This document shows positions 1 to 13,000 of a stretch of 64,000 nucleotides of DNA, one piece after another; positions within the stretch are counted from its first letter, which is position 1, and each line of letters begins with the position of its first letter. This stretch comes from Octopus sinensis. Its lineage: Eukaryota. The translations under genes and the position numbers were made by a program. The notes under the pieces were generated by a model. The model worked only from the letters and a program-made list of their open reading frames with translations, ran no database searches and was not told the origin of the DNA. The stretch is from positions 24,304,001-24,368,000 of the forward strand of contig NC_043014.1 in assembly GCF_006345805.1 (NCBI RefSeq), written 5' to 3'.

Positions 1-49
1 CAGGATCCTTAAGCTTCTTCTGGCAACCATTTAGCTGATCCTGATGTCG

Positions 50-265
50 TTATATATATAGTTATATATATATATATAATATATATGTATAGATATGTAT
101 ATATATATGTATATATTATGTATGTATATATATATGTATATATATTGTATATATATATGTATATTATATGTATATATATGATGTATATATATATATTGAT
201 ATATATAATAGTATGTGTTATATATATATGTATTACACACATCCATATATATATATACATCCATA
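50..265. repeat. Compound (TA)/(TG) microsatellite; one of many
   Basis: Similar tracts at 1065-1190, 4075-4500, 4628-4680, 5990-6335, 25400-25560 and 26800-27200; (TTC)n at 5195-5350 and (GGT)n at 5625-5780. Confidence 0.95.
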
Positions 266-429
266 TATCTACATGTAAATTTAAAATAATAAGGGTGAAA
301 AATTAAATATTAATTTGATTTATATTAATTGAAAACCAGTGGTGTAGCATATAAGACCATTGCGGATCTTCTAGCAAAATGGATGTCCACTGTTAATGGT
401 TCATTCCTGTTATATAATAGTTCCACTTT

Positions 430-692
430 TAAACTGAAAGCATCTGACATTACAATAGAGAGATGTTTTTGTTTCACTTTTAACACGTAATACTGAAATA
501 GTGGAGAAGATATGATATTGCTGTGGGTTCGCCCTAGGCAAGAAGTTAAAAAAAGTTTTTGCCCATGACACTACATCGACAATAAGTAAGGCGTGTGTAA
601 AATGTGAGTGAAATTGGTTGTATAGTTCTCAAGTTTTAGGGATTTACACAGACAGACAGACACACATTCTCAGTTATATATATATATATATA
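430..692 (-). mobile_element. Helitron 5' module, same family as 37336
   Basis: Reverse complement matches 37345-37440 and 38337-38545. Confidence 0.75.
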
Positions 693-1062
693 TATTAATA
701 TGTAAAGTCATTGATACTCATGAGAGATAATAATGTTAGTGGCCACAAGCTTAAAACCATATAAGCAAAATTAATAGATATATATAGGAGTCAAATATAC
801 TTTTTGTGGCTTCAGAGTATTTTTGACTCCTATCTTTAGCAAAGCTAGTGCTTCACAGTGCCCTTGTCTTTGCACGGATTTTTGTCAGTGAACAGGTCAC
901 GGTCTTAAAGCGACGAAAATATTTTGACAAATTAAACTTAAATGTTGAAGTGAATCGAACGGCTTTTGTGTGTTTCTTAAATGGCTTACAAACACCTTCC
1001 ACACTGCAATTGTTTTTTTTCAGCACACGATCTCAGATCAAATCACTTGCTATGCAGGAACA

Positions 1063-1113
<51 letters not shown>

Positions 1114-1479
1114 TAATAAGTGTGTATATACACACACACACACACACACACATATATATGCATATATATATATATATATATATATCATATTATTTATCAT
1201 CGTTGGGTAAACATATATCATTAAGATAGTTAGGGACAAGAAGAATAAAGATCAGATGATTGATACCATAGGAAATAGCTAATACTTTAGATATTGGTCA
1301 GATAGAGTTTCAAGACTATAGGCACAGGGACAAATTAGTGAAGTTTTATAGTAATACAGAGAAACAAAACATAATCAATAACTTTCTATATCTCATTTTA
1401 TATGAAATAAGTTAGTTAAATTTTTAAAAGATTGGTGTGAACAATGGATCAATAATTTTTGTTTATTAATAAGTTCGAG

Positions 1480-1900
1480 ACATACACTTTAGATTTCTAG
1501 TGCCTCCATGCAACACAAAGTAAAACTTTATAAGGAAGTGTGGTATGTATAATCAACCACATAATAGAGTAATTAATATTTCTGTTAAGTGTCCAAATGA
1601 ATTTTGCAAATGATGTATTATGTAATTTGTGTTTGTTATGTGATTATTCCTTCTGGATTTGAATTTTGACACTGCTGTACTAATATAATAGTATACTTTA
1701 TCAGGTGTTTGAATGGAATAGTTATGTGCTAAGTTTGCTCTGAGATGCTAGTTATTAAATGGGCACTTATATTGGTTGTTACACTTACATATACTATTAT
1801 GTTTATTAACTAGTATCTTATTAATTGTATTATTAGTAAAATTATTTTTAAGAGAAAACACTGAATCAGTAGTAATATTTATGTCAGACCAAGATGTATT
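1480..1900 (-). mobile_element. Penelope-like GIY-YIG remnant
   Basis: CKCNNQYKCPFNN linker, then frameshifted SFAKFIWTL / ENINYSIMW / LLCCMEALEI. Confidence 0.55.
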
Positions 1901-2420
1901 GTTAACAAAGGAGCTGAAGTCAGACCTACCACTTGAATAATTAGAATCAACAGTGGATCCATCATACATAAAATGGATATCCATACAGTCTCCATTGCTC
2001 AAATTCCACACATTGTTTTTTCATGATTCTTGTAGGAATGCTGAAATGTTGCAATATCAAAGTTAACCCAGTGAACTTTTGACAAAAAGTACTTTTTAAT
2101 ACTTTTTTATATGTTAACCAGAAGAGGTAAGGCAATGCCTCTAGCCTTTCAGGCCTCTCCCAGATTTGTGAGATTGATATGACTGAAATCTGTTGGTCAG
2201 TTTCAGCAAGAAACATTTTAGAGAAAGAAATATGTCTTCTTTTTTGCATCTTTCTCATTCTCTCATTTTGCTCATCCTCCTTCTTTCTGCCTCTCCACCA
2301 TTTTCTTCCCTCATACTGTAAATAAAATTCTAGTCTCTTCTCATTATCAAACTCACACATATCTTGCAAATCCACTTTTTGATTAATTTTATTGTTATGT
2401 TATGTTGTGTTGCATTGCAG

Positions 2421-2495
2421 GGCATTGAACTGGTGTTGGAGTTGATTGACTATTATTCCTTAAGAGTGGTACAGGCCTATATGAAACACATTCAG
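2421..2495 (+). CDS. OPLAH: 5-oxoprolinase (ATP-hydrolysing), internal coding exon (window exon 1)
   Basis: GIELVLELIDYYSLRVVQAYMKHIQ matches the hydantoinase B/oxoprolinase segment [25 protein letters not shown]; ttgcag acceptor, gtaag donor, phase 0. Upstream exons lie outside the window. Confidence 0.93.
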
Positions 2496-3278
2496 GTAAG
2501 AGTATTTTTTTTTTATCTGTACTGTTTTCTGTTGACTTCTCAGTGTACAAAAAGTAGTCAGGACCATCTCCTTGTAAACTTGTTCTCTATCCCTATTACA
2601 GATTAACTTATGATTTTAAAAATTCTTGTGCATGTAACGTCATCATTCTCCCTCATTATTTAATGTCTGTCATGCTTGCATGGATCAAATGGAATTTTTG
2701 GAGGCAGAATTTCTATGGTAGAATTACCCCTCTTGTTGGCAACCCTCAACTGTTTCCAAGCAGAGTAATATTTCCCCATGCCCAGACAAATTTTTCATGG
2801 AAGACTGGAAGCAAACAACTTCACTTGTATAACGAAGATGCTCATTTACAACCATCATGTGATGTCTAGACAAGGGCATATACAAACACACACATACACA
2901 CATGCATGCATACATACATGTATGTATGTATGTATACATGCAACAGACTTCCATTTACTTCTACGAAATCCAATCACTGGGCTTTGTTTAGCCCAGGGCT
3001 TCAGTAGAAGAGGCTTACTCAAGGTGCAACACAGTGGGACTGAGCTCAAGACCACTTAGTTTAGAAGCAAACTTCTTGACCATACTTATGTGTGTGTGTG
3101 TGTGTGTGTGTGTGGTGTGTTGATGTTTGTGTGCATCTGATATATTAAAAAGAACATTAAATGTGTAGTCCTTTGGAAGTTATGCTTTGAATATTGAATC
3201 AAACAATCTTGTTACTACAATGGAATTGATTCTCCTTGAGTATTTAAGTGTGCATTTGTGTATGTGCAAATCACTCAG

Positions 3279-3332
<54 letters not shown>

Positions 3333-4504
3333 ATGTATGTATAATTGAAAAAATTGGATGAAAAAGAAGGGTTATGGTTGGATATTAATTTTTTAATTAC
3401 TACAATTGTTTCCATGCAACATAGTTCTCCAGATGTACAGATACTTGATTATGCAACTGTTTCCCCACATTATGAGATCTAGCTGTGTTTCCTCAGGTGA
3501 TATATAAATATCGTCTCCATAAGTTTATGATCCTTGGCTTCAAGAACATCCTCTCTGTCTGTCATGGCCTGAATTTAGTAGTAGCCACTAAGATTATCAG
3601 TGTGTGTTGTTGCTAAAGGGTCATTGGAAAACTGTTTTGAATGTGTAGGTGTAGGTGATGGTGATTCTAGCACTGTTAATGTAGTTGCGATTTTAAAGAG
3701 ATTGGCATTTTATTTCTTTGTACTGCTGATTTGCTCTTCATAGTAGGTTACACATGCAATTGTCCTTAGCTGACCTTTAAGATTCAATGCTCAGACACAT
3801 ATACACATGCACACTCACACACATACATATATATATATACACATGTGAATGTACATATGTGTGTGTCCAAGCATTGATTCTTAAAGAAGATAACCACTCT
3901 GAAATGCTTGTACCTCACAGTCTAGATAGGTGGTGCTGGAAACTGATTTAATTTAGGTATATTTACATTTGTCTACAGCGAAAAATTTTCCCCCATGACA
4001 AAACAGTGAAGGACTTGTTTACAAGTTGAAACGTACCACAACCATATGTGAACTGGTAATAACATTGTGTTAATATATGTATACATACATGCATACACAC
4101 ATACATATATATCTATACTCACTCACACATACTCATATATATAATGAATACTTATAAATATATATGCACATATATACATGTACATGCACACACACACACA
4201 TATCTGAATATACATGCATACAGCTATACATACATATAAACACACACATACACAATCATAGATATGTATATATATACACACACACGTATAAATATATGTA
4301 CATACATACACATACATAGATATGTGTATATTTATGTAAATAAAATAGAATGAAGTATTTAATAGACATGTATAAATGTGGATCAAATAAATAAATAAGG
4401 AAATGGGTGTAAAGTTTATGCATCTATATGTGCATATACATGTATGCATATACATATAAACATACATATATACACATACTCATGCATTTACAAATATATA
4501 TATA

Positions 4505-4624
4505 CAAGGCTTTGGTCGGCCCGAGACTATAGTAGAAGACACTGGCCCAGGTGCCACGCAGTGGGACTGAACCCGGAACCATGTGGTTGGTAAGCAAGCT
4601 ACTTACCACACAGCCACTCCTGCA

Positions 4625-4627
<3 letters not shown>
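4505..4627 (-). mobile_element. tRNA-SINE 5' head
   Basis: Closely similar to 22425-22546. Confidence 0.85.
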
Positions 4628-4682
<55 letters not shown>

Positions 4683-4764
4683 CATATGTGCAAATTTGTA
4701 TGTTTTGTTTTATGTATGTATTCTCATTCATAGAACTACATATAGTAGACATGCTCATATATAT

Positions 4765-5625
4765 ATTTCTTTACTACCCACAAGGGGCTACACACAGAGG
4801 GGACAAACAAGGACAGACAAAGGGATTAAGTCAATTATATCGACCCCAATGCGTAACTGGTACTTAAGAACCAGTTGGGTATCGTGGTGGATGTAAGCGA
4901 CTACGCTCTTCCCCTACAACTTCGGGCCCTGTGCCTGTAGCAGAAAAGATTATCTTTATTGGGAGGTGAGCTGGCAGAAACGTTAGCATGCTGGGCGAAA
5001 TGCCTAGCAGTATTTCGTCTGCCATTATGTTCTGAGTTCAAATTCCGCTGAGGTCAACTTTGCCTTTCATCCTTTCGGGGGTCGATTAATAAAGTACCAG
5101 TTACGCACTGGGGTCGTTGTAATCGACTTAATCCCTTTGTCTGTCCTTGCTTGTCTTCTCTGCGTTTAGCCCACTGTGGACAATAAAGAAATAAATACCT
5201 CTTCTTCTTCTCCTTCTTCCAATTCTTCTTCTTCTTCTTCTTTTCTTCTTCTTCTTTTTCTTCTTCTTTTTCTTCTTCTTCTTCTTTTTCTTCTTCTTTT
5301 TCTTCCTCTTCTCCTCCTCCTCCTTCTCCTTCTTCTTCGTCTTCTTCTTCGCATGCTGGGTGAAATTCTTAGTGATATTTCACCCGTTGCATTCTGAGTT
5401 CAAATTCCGTTGATGTCAACTTTGCCTTTCATCCTTTCGGGGGTCAATACAATAAGTACCAGTTACGCAATGGGCTCGATGTAATCGGCTCATCCCCACA
5501 TCCCCCACCCCAAGCTGCTCTTGTTGCAAAAATTTGAAATTATCATCATCATCATCATCATTGTTATTATTATCATCATCATCAAGTTGGAAAGCTGGCA
5601 GAATCATTAGCATGCCTGACGAAAT
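4765..5625. mobile_element. Cluster of second-family SINEs (MetaSINE-like core)
   Basis: GAGTTCAAATTC B box followed by tttgcctttcatcctttcgggg-tcgat..aagtaccag at 4960-5195(+) and 5350-5530(+); 3' half at 4765-4865(-); head at ~5590-5625; another fragment at ~34700-34840. The Meta-domain assignment is from recollection of the consensus. Confidence 0.7.
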
Positions 5626-6025
5626 GCTGGTGGTAGTGGTGGTGGTGGTGACGGTGGTGGTGCTGGGTGGTTGTGATGGTGGTGTTGGTGACGGTGGTGG
5701 TGGTGACTGCGGTGGTGGTGGTGCTGTGTGGTGTCGATGGTAGTTTTAGTGGTGGAGGTGGTGGTTGAGGTGGTGGTGATGGGTTGACCTTTATGTCAGG
5801 TCAGTCTCCAACACAAGGGCCACTTTGTATGGAGCACACCCATATCAATCTCTCTCTCCTTCTTCCCCGGCTCTCTCCCCCTCTCACCCCTCCATCCCTC
5901 ACTTATGCTCTATACATTCTCTATGCATTCACACACACCCGTACACACACACATTGAAACAGAAATACATATACCTAATATATTCATATACGCGTATATA
6001 TATACATATGTATATATACATATGC

Positions 6026-6067
<42 letters not shown>

Positions 6068-6185
6068 ATATATAGATTTATACATATGTATACATGTGTT
6101 TGTTTATATTATACATACACATCATGTATCGCTCTTTCTCTCTCTCATACTCTATCTATATACACATACATACATACATGCATAC

Positions 6186-6255
<70 letters not shown>

Positions 6256-6334
6256 ATATATATATATATACATACATATATATATATATACACACATACA
6301 TATATATATATATACATACATATATATATATATG

Positions 6335-6440
6335 ACTGGACTGGTGCAGCTTTCGGGCTCCCCAGACCCCAGTTGAACCGTCCAACCCATGCTAGCATGG
6401 AAAGCGGACGTTAAATGATGATGATGATGATGATGATGAT
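6335..6440 (+). mobile_element. Isolated RTE-type 3' tail
   Basis: ccgtccaacccatgctagcatggaaagcggacgttaaa(tga)n, same tail as 21300-21351. Related tails at ~33880-33980 (+) and ~41150-41290 (-). Confidence 0.75.
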
Positions 6441-6484
6441 ATATATATATATATATATATATACGTACATATATATATATACAC

Positions 6485-7689
6485 TAGCAGAATTGCCCGG
6501 CGTTGCTCGGGGCTGAATTGCTTGAAAGTACTGTTAATGATTGCACTGAATTATGATGATTATTCAGGCAAATATTGATATAAGCTTATGGTGAGAGATA
6601 AGGACTTAACGATCAAACGTGTGCCATTGCATTGTTTTGGGGGAACCAAATTTCTAATGAGCATTATAGGGGCACCAGCTTTAAGTTTGAGAAAGTGTGG
6701 TGGTAGTCCGGGGTGCTCAAAGGAATTGAGTACCTCTATTGGATAGTTGATGACGTCCTCTGGATCAGGAGTTGTATCGATAGACTGATATACATAGACT
6801 TCCCCAGGAATGAGTTTTAGCATTTCATCATTAATATGGTGAACAGTTTTATTCCTCGGGGCCAGTATAGCCTTTTTGCCAATCCATTCCATATTCTGAT
6901 AATTAGCTTGTAGATCTGGGAACACTGCATCTCTGAGATCAGAAGGCGTCTTAACAATGGTACAAATGGAATCGATGGCAATATTACCATTTTCATCCCC
7001 TGGTATTTTGCCTTCGCCAAGTGCAAGGAGGGTGTGAGGAAATGCTGCTGATGTGATATTACGTCGCATATGAGCACGCATATTGGTGTGAAGTTTGAGA
7101 GTTACTTCCGTTTATTTTTTAAAATATGCATTAAAATGGAAAAAAATGATGGTAAATTATTTGTAAAATCATAGACTCATCGTAGACGCGCGCTAATACC
7201 CAGAAGGGCTCGATATGAATGACGACTATAAGATACCCGGTTTTGGTTAAACTGCATCGCAAAATGTGGGAGTAGTTAGGAATCTAAATCGGAGTAGACA
7301 GACACACAACCTTTCTTTTATATATAAATATTTTCGTCCTAAAAAACTTTGTATAGAGTGAATGGTTACCTCTATGGAAATATATACACACACGTTATAC
7401 ATACATGTGTGCATAGATGAATATATAAATACATTTATATATCTATATACACTTTTGGGCGATCTCTGTGCTACTTAGAGATAACTTTAGATCTTATTTT
7501 CGTCCTAAAAGACTTTGTGCGGAGTGAATGGTTACGTGTATGGAAATATATACACACACATTATACATACATCTGTGTATAGATGAATATATAAATACAT
7601 TTAAATATCTATATACACTTTTGGGCGATTTTTCTGCTACTTGGATATAGGTCTTATATTCGTCCTAAAAATCTTTCCTGTCACACACT

Positions 7690-7734
<45 letters not shown>

Positions 7735-8586
7735 ACACGCACGGTAGTGAAATGTTACCTCTATGGAAATATATACACACACATTATACATACATCTGTG
7801 TATAGATGAATATATAAATACATTTAAATATCTATATACACTTTTGGTCGATCTTTCTGCTACTTGGATATAGGTCTTATATTCGTCGTAAAAAACTTTC
7901 CTGTCACACACTCACGCACACGCACACACACACACACACCTCCGCGCACCATCACACACACACACACACACCACACACACACACACACACTCACACACAC
8001 GCACGGTAGTGAAATGTTACCTCTATGGAAATATATACACACACATTATACATACATCTGTGTATAGATGAATATATAAATACATTTAAATATCTATATA
8101 CACTTTTGGTCGATCTTTCTGCTACTTGGATATAGGTCTTATATTCGTCGTAAAAAACTTTCCTGTCACACACTCACGCACACGCACACACACACACACA
8201 CGCACCATCACACACACACACACACACACACACACATGCACACACACACGCACGTTAGCTTACAATTTTATTTATATATTTGCGTGTCTATGTGTGTAAA
8301 GAGGAAGTGGGAGGCAGAGTGAAAGAATCACTCACTACAGAAAGTGAATTACTTTCATTTTATTCGTTGCACACTGTGTGTGTGCGTTTGCGTGTGCTGT
8401 ATCCCACACTAAGAGAAGCATTTGACTCATACACCACAATGTGAGTTTTCTCTAAATTTTGCTTAATTGGGGTTGAAATTTTAAAAAGTGGACCTGTCAC
8501 GACCCGATGCATTCTACTCTTAAAAATGCTAGGTAAATTGTAATTGAAGAAATCCTATGATAAAATCTGCCTTTTATAATAAGAGA
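6485..8586 (-). mobile_element. Composite non-autonomous Helitron with PIF1 helicase fragment and internal tandem repeats
   Basis: Minus-strand 5' A|TCTCTTATTATAAAAGGCAG at 8586; 3' hairpin cccgagcaacgccggg plus CTAG|T at 6485-6488; a second family 5' end at ~7327; ORF 6560-7081 carries PIF1 motifs (AILAPRN, GAPIMLIRNL, CNGTRL). Confidence 0.85.
7332..8180. repeat. Tandem array of 160-262-bp units inside the Helitron
   Basis: ttcgtc(c/g)taaaa at ~7332, 7499, 7659, 7881 and 8143; duplicated ORFs 7729/7991 at offset 262; later units carry (CA)n. Confidence 0.88.
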
Positions 8587-8629
8587 TATATACACTCATA
8601 TGTGCATATACATACATACGTATATGCAT

Positions 8630-9400
8630 ATATACGCACCTATAAAAGGATATGAAATAAGGGATGTAGAAATAAGAATTTCGGTATGTGAAGGGAGTGG
8701 GTGAATTATATGAAATGGACCTGCAATTGATAAATTTGGTGAGTTAAGTAAAATAAGAAACAACAGTAAAATATCTCTTATTGTCAGACAGGATGTTAAC
8801 TGTTCTCTGGTATAGAAGTATGTAAAAGCCATGATGCAAAGTTCAGGAGTGAGTGGTGTGTAAACATCTCCTACAACAGTGGATTGTAGATGCATTGGCA
8901 TTCAAAAATGTTGTCCAAACTGCATTGTGAAAAGGAGAAAGTGGGTTTCAAACTCTGGAAGATGTGAGGTAGCATGAGGTATAACAAGTGTATGCAAATA
9001 AAATACTTTATAGATTGTAGAGCTTGTAAACACACACACACACATGCATATATGCATGTATATAAAATATACATGAGCACATACATATACATGCGTACAT
9101 ACATGCACATACACACATGTATATACACACCTATAAAAATTATGAAATAAGGGATGTAGAAATAAGAAAAAGATGCAGAAATTTGACATGTGAAGGGAGT
9201 GGACTGAATTACATGGAATGAATCTAAAGTAGATAAATCAGGGGAGTTAAGTAAAATAATATATAACAGTGAATTGTCTCTTATTGACAAATGGGATGTT
9301 AGAATGTTCTCTGGTTTAGAAATAAGCCATGATATCCAAACTGTGTTGCGAGAAAGAGAAAGTGGGTTTCAACTGTTGAAGATATGAGGTATCATGGCAT
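8630..9400 (+). repeat. Diverged ~490-bp tandem duplication
   Basis: cacctataaaa...aagggatgtagaaataag at 8637 and 9128. Confidence 0.8.
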
Positions 9401-9559
9401 ATAGCAACTGTAACAAAGGTCAGGTCCTGTATATGTGGATACTAGTAAAAAAAATATATAGTGCTGGTACAGATGATGGTTTATTGGTGAGGCAATGGGT
9501 TGACATATGAACATCCCAGGGATAGTTGAAGGAATATTAGATTGTTAACTCGCTGGTAG

Positions 9560-10050
9560 CTTGAAAAATTTTAGAAGGAAATCAACTCCCACTTGGAGTT
9601 TAATAGTTTGAGTGGTAGAGTAAAGGTGTTAAATTTTTCTGCTAAGCAGAGTTGGCACTTGCTACTGATGGAACATGCTGGAGCTGATTCTATGATAGTC
9701 CAATTAATGCTATAGTTAGCTTCTTTGTTTCTTAAACTCCAAATATAAATTGAGAAAGTTGTTGCAGATTATTTGTCTTCATGTTTGAAGGTATTTGTAT
9801 GTTGAATATACTTCAATTTGAAAGTGTTCTCAGTAAGACCTATTTTGTATTTTTGCTGTCACTATTAGTAGCTGAAACTTCAGAGCAATAAACATTTTTT
9901 TAGGGCATTTACTGTAAAGAGAGCATGCACTGTTTTTAAGATGGTTGCATTGAAGTAAGGGTTCATTAGTAGTGGGTGGATTTAGTTTTTTTTCTATTCT
10001 AGCTAAAGAAGAGGCAAAATTGTCTATGCAGCTGTAACTAACTTTCATTA
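9560..10050 (-). mobile_element. Penelope-like linker plus GIY-YIG remnant
   Basis: KVSYSC...CNHLKNSACSL; IGLTENTFKLKY...SIYIWSL...NYSINWTII...CQLCLAEK...LLNSKWELIS. A second C-terminal piece (LLNSKWDLISSCPH) lies at ~11170-11290. Confidence 0.7.
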
Positions 10051-13000
10051 ATAACCTTATGAAACTTGTGGCTGCTAGGAAAATATTTGCTTACTAAGTT
10101 CAGGAAGGTTCTGTCAGTATTCTGTTGTGGTAGATGAAGCCTTGCTTGAAAGGGTTGAACAATAGCTAAGCACAAACACTTGTGCATTTTCAGTAGAACT
10201 TGTTCCTTCACAAAGCACTATCAATCATGGCCTCCATAAGCTTGGCTTTGCAAACCGATGCTCTCAAGAAACTTTTCATGTACTGACCAGTGACCAGGCT
10301 CAACTATATATGAACATTTACAAACAACTACTAGCAAATTCTTGAGATTCCCATTTTTGAACTGAATTGTAACTGGGGATGAAAAATGGATCTATTTTTG
10401 TAATCCCAATAAGAGAAACCAATGGCTTCATTCTAGCCAAGCTTCAGAACCTTTGCCAAACAAGGGTGATTTGAACAGAAGGCCATGTTGTGTGTTTGGT
10501 GCTCCAGCGCACACTGCCACTATGACCAAGAGTGAACTTGAGGGTGGTGGAAGTATTGCCTCCTCATCCTGCCTACAGTCCAGACCTTGCACCATCAGAT
10601 TAACACCTTTTCCAAGCCATGGCTTGATTCCTGCACAGATGAAGGTTCAACAATGAGGTTGAGGTTGAAAATGGGTGCAGAGAGTTTTTTTGTGGGGGGG
10701 GGGGTCTAAACCAGCCAAATGGTATGTGTAGAATTGAGATTCTGGTACAATGATGACACAAACAATATAATATGATGAGATAGATTTTGATGATTACATG
10801 GTTTTTATATGTAATTTGTTTGAGCAATTAGTAGATACTACTGTGAATTTTTGAAAATATTTAAATGTAATTTTCTTGGAGAGCATCCAAAATGAAACAT
10901 TGATATCTCATTTGTGAAATTCAGCTGAATATTTTAAGAAATATGACAATTTGAATGGTCAATGAATTGGCCAAAATTTTGCCTAATTTGCCTAATTAGG
11001 CAAGTAGCTATATTTGTGATGTCGTATCTTTGAAACTGAGGTGATAATCAGCTTCAAATTAATAGTAACCATGATATAGTAGTTGCCTATTTTCTTCAGG
11101 TTCTTAGAAAGAAAACTTGGGGAGTGGGGGCAGTGTTTTAAATATTTATGTAAAGCCATTAGATTGTTAACATGTTGGAAGCTTGAAGAATTTTAGAAGG
11201 GACTTCCTTACGTGGGGACATGAGGAAATCAAGTCCCATTTAGAATTTAACAGTTTGAGTGGTTGAGTAAGGGTGTTACATGCAACAACAGTCAATTTTG
11301 CAGTGTTTTCAGACCTAGTTAAATCTAAAACTACAAGCCACACCAACTTGAGCTTTAGCACATTTATACTAAGTAAGGAGGTAAATAAATCCTGCAATTT
11401 TGGGATATGACACCATTTCAATAAAATTTTAATAGTCTATTAAAATTTTATTGAAATGGTGTCATATCCCAAAATTGCAGGATTTATTTACCTCCTTACT
11501 TAGTATAAATATGCTAAAGCTCAAGTTGGTGTGGCTTGTAGCTATAAATGGCAAAATTTCATATCAAGATGTCACTTAAGTTGGATTTTCTATTTAGATA
11601 AAGATTATTATTTTTTTTTTTGCATTAGTCTTGGAAATGAAAAAATTTTGGAAAATTTACAATTCCTCGCTCTCTCCCTTTCTCTCTCTATCTCTTTATT
11701 TATTTTCCAGACCAATTTTCAACAGTTTTGTTTGCACCACACACTTAAAAATGATGGGAGAAACTTTTCGAAAAAAAAAAAAGAAAGAAAAAAATTTGGA
11801 AATATTTTAAAATATAGAGATGTGTAATTTAAGGGAGATTTAACTATTGTTTCTATCTCATCCCAAAACCATCTGATACCTTCCTTAGAATTGCATGTAG
11901 ACCTAGATTACAAAACAAACGAAATGTGAAAATTAATACCTTGTTTTAAGCATTAAAAATGTAAAATAAAGGCTTTAACATCTGTAAATCTGTAACTTAC
12001 AGCAAACTTGTTAGCTAGGGAGAAGAGAGAAAAAAAACTCAAAATTAATATGTAAACACTAACTGTATTCAAAATCAGAAAAAAAAATCACATCTGGCTT
12101 TGTGCAATGAATATAATCTTTACTGGTGGAATTTGACCAATATTTCTTGAAGAAAAACTAAATTTGTATGTACAAGAATATCTGCTAGATTTACCTAATA
12201 GCCCTCCATATGTTAAAATAGCAAGAGAGAAAAAAACAACATTCTCAGTTTAATACATTTTTTGTAAAAATTTATGTTTACTTAGTAATTAGTTTGCCCA
12301 TTTCTTGAAAACCTGGCTCAATTGCAATACTTGAAGTCTTGGATTTGTGTTCTGTTAGACCTCTTGCCACACACAAATACATTAGTTTGGCAAGTAGGAT
12401 CAATATACCACCCTCTTTAGTGACTTTGTGCTTCTTCGCCATATCACAACCAGAAATATCAACAACCATATAGAATTCGTGAGAAATTTTTTTTCATCTT
12501 GAAGAAAATACGTCCTTTTTTAAGTGAAAATTAATAATGAAATTTTAACTTTTATATTTCGTAACAATTATCTGACCTAAACCATCAATTTTTTTGTCAA
12601 AATAAAGCAAAACGCTTCTTCTTCATGACAGTATGATTTTAACACAACTTGAGTTATGGTACTCAAGTGCATTAAACTAGAATGTGGGCTACTCTTCAGC
12701 AGTTACAAAAAAATGGGACAAACTTTGTAAATGCATGGAAATACCAGAGTGTTTGAGGGACCCTGACATATGTAACTGAAGGATTTTAATTAAAACTATA
12801 TAAGAAGAAGGTTCACATCCATAACTTTCAAATGATATATAATTTTCCTTGGAAAATGAAAATGAAGCAAAAAGTGTGATTTTTTCAGGGTCAAACTCCA
12901 TTGTACAGTATTCTGTAGTGGTACCTACTATTAATACTTTTGACTCAATCTGATGTGTGTGTGTGCTTGCAATTAGAGTTTAGCCTCAAGTCAACTCTTA

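Noticed and set aside
1962-2375. 137-aa minus-strand ORF overlapping the intron before exon 1
   Set aside because: Largely the reverse complement of CT-rich intronic sequence; no domain motif.
3440-3530. Minus-strand CTGAGGA...GAAAC in a possible Penelope-like end
   Set aside because: Stems I and II do not pair convincingly and the adjacent coding similarity is too weak.
9-6414. Many ORFs rich in YI/HT/CV or poly-R/L (e.g. 9-260, 4123-4467, 5166-5397, 5825-6414)
   Set aside because: Stop-free frames of (TA)n, (CA)n and (TTC)n microsatellites; not proteins.
12278-12901. Two short minus-strand ORFs with non-repetitive composition
   Set aside because: No recognisable motifs or coherent splice pattern; unassigned pending tBLASTx.
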